Virus record (IMG/VR): IMGVR_UViG_3300012940_000010
Span: 1-44,361 of that record
Origin: a virus
Lineage: Duplodnaviria; Caudoviricetes
Direction: 5' to 3' (one strand)
Length of the DNA stretch: 44,361 bases
Shown: positions 7,268-14,365 of the stretch, one piece after another
Layout: each line of letters starts with the position of its first letter
Numbering within the stretch: the first letter of the stretch is position 1
Made by a program: the position numbers and the translations under genes
Notes under the pieces: model-generated
What the model was told of the DNA's origin: nothing
Database searches by the model: none
The model's input: the letters and a program-made list of their open reading frames with translations, nothing else

Positions 7268-8598
7268 TGGAGCCTACTACCTTCCTCGATGGCCGTGTGG
7301 CGCTCTATGCGGGCGACTGTCGCGACCGCATCAAGGAGATGCCAGACAATAGCGTCGATAGTGTCGTGACAGACCCGCCTTATGCGCTGGTTTCCATCCA
7401 GAAGCGGTTCGGCAAGCCGGGCAGTGCAGCCACGAAAGATGGCGACGTGTACGCGCGCTCGTCTGCCGGGTTCATGGGCAAGCAATGGGATACGGGCGAG
7501 ACGGCCTTTGCGGTCGAGTTCTGGGCCGAGGTGTTCCGCGTTTTGAAGCCTGGCGGCCATGTCGTCGCCTTCAGCGGGACGCGCACCTACCATCGAATGG
7601 CCTGCGCGATCGAGGATGCGGGCTTTGAAATCCGAGACCAGATCGGCTGGCTGTATGGGTCGGGTTTTCCGAAAAGTCATAACATCGGTAAGGCACTAGA
7701 CAAGATGGCCGGCGCAGAGCGCGAGGTCATTGGCACGGAAAAGGTGCGAGATATTCGCGACGGACACGGTCGATCTCAGGGCGACGGCATCAATGCCGCC
7801 AATCGCGATGGTCCTGTCTACATGGAGCGCGAGATTACCGCCCCCGCAACCGAAGCCGCCCGCGAATGGCAAGGGTGGGGCACTGCGCTTAAACCGGCGT
7901 GGGAACCCATCTGCCTGGCGCGCAAGCCGCTCATTGGCACCGTTGCCGAGAACGTTCTGGAGCACGGCACCGGGGCGCTGAATATTGATGGGTGTCGGGT
8001 TGGGACGGAGCCGATAACCATACGCGGTGGCGGTGGCGGTGAAGGCACAGGTTGGGGCGAAAAGAAGGAGATCAACGAAGATCGCATCGGGAGATTTCCT
8101 GCCAACATCGTGCACGACGGCAGCGACGAGGTGCTGGCGCGGTTTCCTGATCGCGACGGCGCAAACAGCAATGGGCGCAGCGGCGAAAAGGGTGTCGGCA
8201 ATTGGGGCATGGGCGCGGTCGAGCAGCGCCCCGGCTACGCCGACTCCGGCTCCGCCGCCCGTTTCTTCTACACGGCCAAGGCCGACAAGCTGGACCGCAT
8301 TGGCAGCAAGCATCCGACCGTCAAGCCTGTCGACCTGATGCAATGGCTGGTGCGGCTGGTCACGCCGAAAGGCGGACTTGTGCTGGATCCGTTTGCAGGC
8401 ACTGGAACGACAGGCGAGGCGGCATGGCGGGAAGGCTTCAAGGCCATCCTGATTGAGCGGGAAGCTGAATATCATGCCGACATAACACGGCGGATGGATC
8501 TGGTTGTGAAGCCGACCAAACGGGCGGCGGTAGCCAAATCCAAGGGAAATCTCATGGGGGCAGAAGGAACGCCTCTATTCGGCGGGGAGGCTGCATGA
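7267..8598 (+). CDS. orphan N6-adenine/N4-cytosine DNA methyltransferase (beta class)
   Basis: VTDPPY (motif IV) precedes HPTVKP and VLDPFAGTGTTG (motif I). Confidence 0.92.
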   Translation: MEPTTFLDGRVALYAGDCRDRIKEMPDNSVDSVVTDPPYALVSIQKRFGKPGSAATKDGDVYARSSAGFMGKQWDTGETAFAVEFWAEVFRVLKPGGHVVAFSGTRTYHRMACAIEDAGFEIRDQIGWLYGSGFPKSHNIGKALDKMAGAEREVIGTEKVRDIRDGHGRSQGDGINAANRDGPVYMEREITAPATEAAREWQGWGTALKPAWEPICLARKPLIGTVAENVLEHGTGALNIDGCRVGTEPITIRGGGGGEGTGWGEKKEINEDRIGRFPANIVHDGSDEVLARFPDRDGANSNGRSGEKGVGNWGMGAVEQRPGYADSGSAARFFYTAKADKLDRIGSKHPTVKPVDLMQWLVRLVTPKGGLVLDPFAGTGTTGEAAWREGFKAILIEREAEYHADITRRMDLVVKPTKRAAVAKSKGNLMGAEGTPLFGGEAA

Positions 8599-8957
8599 CG
8601 GTCCTGTCTCTCCCATTTCCCGTTCCTCTCTCTGCCTGCTTCACCAACGTGAAGGGCAGGGGGCGTGTACCAACCCCTCGATACAAGGCGTGGCAGGAGG
8701 AAGCGGAATGGAGCATCAAGGCTCAGAAACCGCGCCGGTATGATGGCCCTGTCTCCATCTACGTTCGCCTTGTAGCGCCCGACAAGCGACACAGGGATGC
8801 CGGGAATTGCGACAAGGCGATCTGCGACATTCTGGTTAAGGCGGGCGTCATTCAGGACGACAGCAACCGCTACGTTCGCAAGCTCACCTATGAGTGGCGC
8901 GAAGACGGCCCGCCTTGTCAGGTGCTTATACAAGCAATCGAGCAGGAGGCCGCCTAA
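8595..8957 (+). CDS. rusA: RusA-family Holliday junction resolvase
   Basis: PDKRHRDAGNCDKAICDILVKAGVIQDDS. Confidence 0.88.
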   Translation: MTVLSLPFPVPLSACFTNVKGRGRVPTPRYKAWQEEAEWSIKAQKPRRYDGPVSIYVRLVAPDKRHRDAGNCDKAICDILVKAGVIQDDSNRYVRKLTYEWREDGPPCQVLIQAIEQEAA

Positions 8958-9145
8958 TGCTCACCCCTGACGAAATGGCCCTCGAACTGAGCAAGCTCGT
9001 CTACAGCAAGACCGAGTGGCTGGCGAACTTCTCCGAGGGCCGGAACAAACGTCCCGACTTCGAAATCTCCCAACGCCGCCGTGAGTTGGAATGTCTCACG
9101 CAGGCGAGGGATTCGTACATCAAACTGAGGGAGAAAGCGGCGTGA
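8957..9145 (+). CDS. hypothetical protein (62 aa)
   Basis: GGAGG SD; coupled to rusA. Confidence 0.6.
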   Translation: MLTPDEMALELSKLVYSKTEWLANFSEGRNKRPDFEISQRRRELECLTQARDSYIKLREKAA

Positions 9146-9543
9146 AGCCAAAACACGCAAGGCCAGCCACAAAGGCTGACGAAACCCCCGAGTTTATCGA
9201 GTTCTGGAAACTGTGGTCAGAGACCAAATCACAATACGACGCGCGAGCTTTGGCGAGGGATGCGTTCTTCCGCCATGTGTGGTGGCGTGACGCCGATCCC
9301 AGCGACATCCTCGATGCCGCGCGTTGGTACGTTAGGAATCATCGCCCCGGCGAGTTCCGCCTTCTCGCAAGCAACTGGCTGGATCGGGGCTTCTACGAGG
9401 ACGACGCGGAGAAAGAACGCGCCTATCAGCAGCGCCTTTCCGAGCGCGAGCAGCAGCGGTCAGCAAACGTCGTCTCAATCTCCGCTCCCAAGAGCAAATG
9501 GCTTCAGCAGTTCGAAGCCGAGAAGCAGCAAAAGCAGGCGTGA
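9142..9543 (+). CDS. protein resembling the C-terminal domain of phage replication initiators / replisome organisers
   Basis: EFIEFWKLW...ARDAF...ILDAARWY...ASNWLDRGFYEDD pattern; sits at the usual initiator position but has no N-terminal HTH. Confidence 0.55.
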   Translation: MKPKHARPATKADETPEFIEFWKLWSETKSQYDARALARDAFFRHVWWRDADPSDILDAARWYVRNHRPGEFRLLASNWLDRGFYEDDAEKERAYQQRLSEREQQRSANVVSISAPKSKWLQQFEAEKQQKQA

Positions 9544-9551
9544 GGGTAAGT

Positions 9552-10058
9552 ATGTTCGAAGAACGAGTGGATAATTGGGCAGACGACCGCGACACAGGCG
9601 TTGGGTACAACCCCGCCTTTCTCAAGCGTGTACGGGAAAAGCGCGAGGCAGAAGAGCGGGAAATACGGAAGGCGGAAGCGTTGCGCCGCCGCGATGCAGA
9701 ACGGTCTGCGCTGGAGTTCGCGCGCTTCTTGAGGATGGCACCCCGCGCTGAACTGCGGTTCAGGAAGCTGATGACAGAGCTATCCGCGCGCAACCGGGAA
9801 AACAAGATCGCCGCCCGTCCGGTATCCGTCAAGGACATCATCGAAATGACGGAGATCAAATACGATCTGCCGAAGGGTTCAATCTGCGGCCCGTCGCGTA
9901 ATCACCGGATTGTCAAGGCGCGGTTCGAGGCCATAGCGGCTGCCCGTGCGGCAAGACCGGATTTGTCTACCCCTGCGCTCGGCAGATTGTTTGGCGGACG
10001 TGATCATACGTCGATTCTTCATGCGCTGAACAAGGTTCGGACGGCGCAAGCGGCATAA
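9552..10058 (+). CDS. DnaA domain IV-like HTH protein
   Basis: IIEMTEIKYDLPKGSICGPSRNHRIVKARFEAI...STPALGRLFGGRDHTSILHA. Confidence 0.85.
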   Translation: MFEERVDNWADDRDTGVGYNPAFLKRVREKREAEEREIRKAEALRRRDAERSALEFARFLRMAPRAELRFRKLMTELSARNRENKIAARPVSVKDIIEMTEIKYDLPKGSICGPSRNHRIVKARFEAIAAARAARPDLSTPALGRLFGGRDHTSILHALNKVRTAQAA

Positions 10059-10088
10059 TTCCACCCACCATTACGAGGGACAAGGGCG

Positions 10089-10268
10089 ATGGGGAAGCAA
10101 GAGACGATAGAGGAATTGAGGCGGGCGGCTCACGAAGCCCCTATGAACAAGGTCTTCACCGACCATAAGGGGCGTCGGCATCTCGGTACTCATTCCATGG
10201 CATGGGCATCAGCCGCAAGAGAGTATGCGCAGGCGGTCTCTGCTCTTAACGAGGATAGCGGCGAATGA
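10089..10268 (+). CDS. hypothetical protein (59 aa)
   Basis: MGKQETIEELRRAAHEAP...; SD present; ATGA overlap with the next gene. Confidence 0.55.
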   Translation: MGKQETIEELRRAAHEAPMNKVFTDHKGRRHLGTHSMAWASAAREYAQAVSALNEDSGE

Positions 10269-10846
10269 AGGCCCGTACGAAAGCAGCCAAGCGGCGCGGC
10301 AGGCCCCGTAAGGAATATGTGGCTCGCACTGACAGCGGGCGCATATCCCGCGTCAAGGAGCAGCCATCACAGCTTGCATTGGAAGCGAGGGCCAGAATGC
10401 ACAAGCTCACCATAGAGCAGGCGAGGGACCAGCAGGCGGGCACGTTCCTTGGCAGGCTCCACATGGAATATCTGCGGTGGAAGAAGCGGAAGGACGATAC
10501 GCCCCAACCGGAGCAGAGCATATCGACGGCGCAGTATTACGCCCTTCTCCAGTACCAGACGCTGCATAACGACTGGCGCAAGGCTCAGGGCGTCCCTGGT
10601 GCCTATTTCGAGCCACGTCTAGGCGGCACGGGCGACGAGGAAGCACATGCACGATGGTCGCGGTCTGTCACCAACGCCTGCGAGCGGGCACGACAGGCCA
10701 TCATGGACGCTCAGGCGCACGACCGGACAAACAACCTATGGGCCGCGCTTGACCTATGCGTCATTCAGGAGCAGTATTTGCCCTACATGGTTGGAACACT
10801 GCGAACCCTTGGGAATGTCTTGGCAAGACACTTTCAGCGGGGTTGA
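10265..10846 (+). CDS. late gene regulator, DUF6456-like / Q-position antiterminator candidate
   Basis: LGRL...ISTAQY...CVIQE...LRTLGNVLARHF pattern; last early gene, followed at once by a sigma70 promoter. Confidence 0.55.
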   Translation: MKARTKAAKRRGRPRKEYVARTDSGRISRVKEQPSQLALEARARMHKLTIEQARDQQAGTFLGRLHMEYLRWKKRKDDTPQPEQSISTAQYYALLQYQTLHNDWRKAQGVPGAYFEPRLGGTGDEEAHARWSRSVTNACERARQAIMDAQAHDRTNNLWAALDLCVIQEQYLPYMVGTLRTLGNVLARHFQRG

Positions 10847-10871
10847 CGCGCGTCTGCAAATCACCTATTTT
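10843..10871 (+). promoter_or_regulatory. late promoter (pR'-like)
   Basis: TTGACG-N17-TATTTT overlapping the regulator's stop codon. Confidence 0.65.
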
Positions 10872-10879
10872 CATCCTTA

Positions 10880-11300
10880 GATTATTAGATTGCGCGCATT
10901 GCGCCAACGAGGTCCCCGCTAGCGCCGCCATAAGGCTGGGATGAGTGCCCCAGCGGGTCGCCAATACTACACTTAGTGGGTGTAGCTCCAGCGAGGCTGG
11001 TCCGTTCATGTCAAAGCTCGGATCGCCTCGCATCAATTCCGCCGCATATAGCGGCAAGACAGATCGGGGCGGCAAGGCAAAAGCAGCCTAACCAGCTACC
11101 CGAGCCGGTAGGGAGATACCTGGCCTTCGCGTACGCACTGCGCTGATAAAGCAGGCATCTGTGGTGGATGCGGCGGCGAAGAAGGTGGCCCACGTTGGCC
11201 TTAAAATGGTTCCGGCCCGTCCTGTTCCAATAGCCCGCCCACCTCGGACACGATACAGAACCTCTCTATCCCTCTAGCGAGGGTCGAGCGGGCTAGCCTG
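10880..11300 (+). ncRNA. candidate structured RNA / late leader
   Basis: About 430 nt without a convincing ORF, containing many stem-loops (see findings). Confidence 0.4.
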
Positions 11301-11311
11301 ACGGAGCCTGA

Positions 11312-11506
11312 ATGCGCGATTACGTCATCAAGCGCCGCATGGGCGACATAGACGAGAACCTGGATGGTGAGAACTATCTAGGCCGCACCGTCTACGAAGA
11401 GCATGAGTTGGTAGACATTGGCGTCATGGACAGCGAGGGCAATCCGATCATGGCGCGGCGCAAGATGGATCAGATTGGCTTTGTCAGGTTCAAGAGCCGT
11501 GCCTGA
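11312..11506 (+). CDS. hypothetical protein
   Basis: GGAG SD; 64 aa. Confidence 0.65.
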   Translation: MRDYVIKRRMGDIDENLDGENYLGRTVYEEHELVDIGVMDSEGNPIMARRKMDQIGFVRFKSRA

Positions 11507-11675
11507 CCTCCGCAAGCTCAATAACATGGCAGAGGAAGCAACGGCTCGTTATCTGGAGCGCTCGTCAATCGGCTTTCTGGAATGCGCGGTGAACCTCATG
11601 CTTCACCACATGAGCCGCGAGCGTGTCATTGACCTGCTCAAGGCGCAGATACGGATCATTCGCGAGTTCGATTAG
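11499..11675 (+). CDS. hypothetical protein (58 aa, GTG start)
   Basis: MPDLRKLNNMAEEATARYLERSS...; overlaps the upstream stop. Confidence 0.55.
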   Translation: MPDLRKLNNMAEEATARYLERSSIGFLECAVNLMLHHMSRERVIDLLKAQIRIIREFD

Positions 11676-11863
11676 GAATAAGGCTCCATACGGTGCAGGA
11701 GCGCGCGGCAGGCAAGGGCGGTTCGCCGGTCACATCCTCGCTGCTTCATAGCCAGGATTGAGTTAGCGGAGATGCCGAGCAGCTTGGCGCATTGGGCGTC
11801 TGAACGGGCTAGGCCCGCTGATTTCATGTCAGCGAGCCAGCGGTGGAAGGCTTCGGGGTTCAT
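11672..11863 (-). CDS. small XRE-like HTH regulator of an antisense cassette
   Basis: MNPEAFHRWLADMK...SDAQCAKLLGISANSILAMKQRG...TALACRAL. Confidence 0.7.
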   Translation of the reverse strand: MNPEAFHRWLADMKSAGLARSDAQCAKLLGISANSILAMKQRGCDRRTALACRALLHRMEPYS

Positions 11864-12090
11864 ATCGGTTTCCCTTCGCTATCGGTTAGCCCGAGCGCGG
11901 TGAGCAGATCGAGACCTTCTCCTTCTCGGACATCAACTACTGAGGCGGCAATGGGTGCAAGGCCGAGTTTGGGCCAGTCCCTGATGCGCCCGTCTTGTTC
12001 AACGGAGTGGCACCCCCAGAACTTGGCCCCCTGGTGGGGGCCGTCAGTCCATACCCATTGAACGGCTAAAACAGTCATCATCTTGCTCAT
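11860..12090 (-). CDS. hypothetical protein
   Basis: 76 aa; 4-bp overlaps on both sides. Confidence 0.6.
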   Translation of the reverse strand: MSKMMTVLAVQWVWTDGPHQGAKFWGCHSVEQDGRIRDWPKLGLAPIAASVVDVREGEGLDLLTALGLTDSEGKPI

Positions 12091-12356
12091 GCGGTGTGGT
12101 CCAGTGTGTATTCGGTGCAGACCGAGCTTCTGTGGTTGGACTTGAAGCGGAAACCAGCCCTTTCAAGTTCATGGCGGGTGGCGTGCCCGAGGCCCTTTGC
12201 AACGTCGCTCCACCGTCCACTGTAGCAGAAACGAGTCTGAAACTGCTCGCGGCCCGTATAGCTGTTGCGCTCCAAGCGGTACTGGATCATGCCGCCATTG
12301 GCGAGGATGTCGAGGGCCTGCTGAGCGCGGGTCGAAAGCTTCGGCTGGTTGGTCAT
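12087..12356 (-). CDS. hypothetical protein (89 aa)
   Basis: AAGGGAG SD, immediately downstream of a consensus promoter. Confidence 0.7.
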   Translation of the reverse strand: MTNQPKLSTRAQQALDILANGGMIQYRLERNSYTGREQFQTRFCYSGRWSDVAKGLGHATRHELERAGFRFKSNHRSSVCTEYTLDHTA

Positions 12357-12381
12357 GTCGATCTCCCTTGTTGATGATCCA

Positions 12382-12410
12382 AACGTACAGGTTACTTGGA
12401 TGCATGTCAA
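12382..12410 (-). promoter_or_regulatory. sigma70 promoter of the antisense cassette
   Basis: TTGACA-N17-TACGTT, overlapped by an ATCCAA-N13-TTGGAT inverted repeat. Confidence 0.7.
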
Positions 12411-12533
12411 CCAGGGAAATCAAACTTTTTAGGATAAAACTACCATCCGGTATCTAATCTGGTTCGATTAATCCGGCACGTCTCTCAAGGGCTTCCTTCT
12501 CACTCTTTCGGTCTCCAAAGGAGTTCATCTAAA

Positions 12534-12806
12534 ATGACAGACGTTGCCGCATCCCGCGATGAATGGACCGTTCCCAACGATTCGTCCTTTTGGGTAGACG
12601 TCCCAGTGAAAAACCCGACGCTTCTCAGTTTTAACGTTGATGGCAAAACGGCCAATATCGATGTCGTCAATGGAGAGGTCGTCTACAGCGGAGACCTTCC
12701 CATTGCTGAATCTGCCCGCGCCCTGTTTCGATGCTTCGCGAACGAATGCAACGATTGGTGGCTAGAGCGCGCTGCTAATCGGGAACGTCCCGCAGCTTCG
12801 TCTTAG
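12534..12806 (+). CDS. hypothetical protein
   Basis: AAGGAG SD; 90 aa. Confidence 0.65.
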   Translation: MTDVAASRDEWTVPNDSSFWVDVPVKNPTLLSFNVDGKTANIDVVNGEVVYSGDLPIAESARALFRCFANECNDWWLERAANRERPAASS

Positions 12807-13002
12807 GCGGCTTCACCACTCTCACCGCATCCATATTCCGGTCTCACAGTAACCGGCGCTGGATAATCCCCTATTCGGAACGTGACTCGTCCATCGGGCC
12901 AGACGTTTTCGACGGTGACCTGGAGCGTGAGGACGGAGCCGGGGTCGATTTTCCATGGGTGCCTCATTCAAGTGAAAACAAACTCTCTCGGTGAAACTGG
13001 CA

Positions 13003-13431
13003 ATGGATAACAACGCGATCAAGGGTTCTGGCCCTTCTTTCATTGGCGACCTTGCCCGTCAGGGCGGCGATGTTGTCGCTGGCTTCACGGATACAGGTTT
13101 GGCGGGTTCGGGGCCAAACTTCGTCGGTGATCTTGTCCGCATGGGCGGCGAACTGGCCGGGCCTCAGATTAGCGGCGATCCGGTTCTCACGGCCACGGTC
13201 GAAGAGGCTTACGAGGGCTTCACTGTTTCCGCGTCGGGCGGTTCCGAGCCTTACACGTTCGCTCTTGTCGGGACGTGGCCTGACGGCATCACCATCAATT
13301 CATCGACGGGCGTTGTCTCTGGCACGCCAACGGAGGACGGAACCTTTGCCGATCTCTCGGTCAAGGTTACCGACGATGCCGCTGAAGAGGCGATGCTTCC
13401 CTCCTTCACGCTGACTGTTGCTGCCGAATAA
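13003..13431 (+). CDS. two 27-aa repeats fused to a putative Ig (He_PIG-type) domain; probable virion decoration protein
   Basis: SASGGSEPYTF...PDGITINSSTGVVSGTPT...VKVTD Ig signature; N-terminal GPxFxGDLxRxGG repeats. Confidence 0.75.
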   Translation: MDNNAIKGSGPSFIGDLARQGGDVVAGFTDTGLAGSGPNFVGDLVRMGGELAGPQISGDPVLTATVEEAYEGFTVSASGGSEPYTFALVGTWPDGITINSSTGVVSGTPTEDGTFADLSVKVTDDAAEEAMLPSFTLTVAAE

Positions 13432-13449
13432 GCTCCAAGGAGAACGTAA

Positions 13450-13620
13450 ATGGACAACGACGACCTGAAGAACTACGGCCCCGGCTTCCTGAACGATCTC
13501 GCCCGCATGGGTGGAGACGTTGCTGCCGAGATGACGAATGACGATGTGAAGGGTTCCGGCCCTAGCTCCGTCGCTGACCTTGCTCGCCAGGGCGGTGATG
13601 TCATTGAGGGTGACGGCTAA
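13450..13620 (+). CDS. 56-aa protein made only of two 27-aa repeats
   Basis: MDNDDLKNYGPGFLNDLARMGGDVAAEMTNDDVKGSGPSSVADLARQGGDVIEGDG; AAGGAG SD; missing from the ORF track. Confidence 0.8.
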   Translation: MDNDDLKNYGPGFLNDLARMGGDVAAEMTNDDVKGSGPSSVADLARQGGDVIEGDG

Positions 13621-13988
13621 TGTCCACGTTTGACATTCCGTCCCTCGACAAGCCGACCACTGCCGTCATCGTCGTTGATCAGAACGGCGATCCGGTATCC
13701 TTCGGGGGCGGTGGTACGTCTGAGGTTGAAGTCACCAACTTCCCAACCACGCAGGCCGTAACTGGTCCTTTGACCGATACGCAGCTTCGCGCTTCGGCTG
13801 TCCCCGTATCCGGGCCTGTCACTGAGGCGGAATTAACCGCAGTGGTCGGCCTTCTGAGCGCAGGTGCGTATAGTGACGACACTGGCGCGGCGGATGGATC
13901 TGTCATTGGCCTTCTTAAAGGCATCTACGTCCAGAACGCTGCGATCATTTCGCTTCTGACGCAGATCGAGACGAATACGAGCGCGTAA
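13620..13988 (+). CDS. putative virion fibre/decoration protein
   Basis: VTGPLTDTQLRASAVPVSGPVTEAEL internal repeat and C-terminal helical segment. Confidence 0.55.
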   Translation: MSTFDIPSLDKPTTAVIVVDQNGDPVSFGGGGTSEVEVTNFPTTQAVTGPLTDTQLRASAVPVSGPVTEAELTAVVGLLSAGAYSDDTGAADGSVIGLLKGIYVQNAAIISLLTQIETNTSA

Positions 13989-13990
13989 CT

Positions 13991-14365
13991 GTGACTGCCG
14001 ACCGCAAGCCTGAGAAGGATGAAAAGACAGGCCGTTTCCTAACCGGAAATAGCGGGGGCGGTCGGCCTAAGGGTTCTCGTAACAAGCTTGGCGAGGCTTT
14101 CATAGAGGACATGCTTGCGGACTGGGAGGCTAATGGCCCTGCCGCTATCCGCGAGGTGCGCGAGACAAAGCCCGACGCCTATCTGAAGGTCGTTGCCTCG
14201 ATCCTTCCGAAGGATCTCAACGTTAATATCAACCAGACGGATCATTTGACGGATGAGCAGCTTGTTGAGCGCATCCGGTCCCTCGATGCCGCCATCCGAC
14301 CTTTCCTCGATGCTGAGGGAGCGGGCGGAATTGGCGGCGGCGCTGGATCGAAGACTGCGCACTAA
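13991..14365 (+). CDS. terS: terminase small subunit
   Basis: GRFLTGNSGGGRPKGSRNK motif; directly upstream of terL. Confidence 0.85.
   Translation: MTADRKPEKDEKTGRFLTGNSGGGRPKGSRNKLGEAFIEDMLADWEANGPAAIREVRETKPDAYLKVVASILPKDLNVNINQTDHLTDEQLVERIRSLDAAIRPFLDAEGAGGIGGGAGSKTAH

Noticed and set aside
13003-13620. Double-glycine RiPP/bacteriocin precursors or a CRISPR-like array
   Set aside because: Repeats are conserved at protein level with synonymous divergence and have no spacers; no transporter, modifying enzyme or cas gene is present; the Ig fusion points to a structural role
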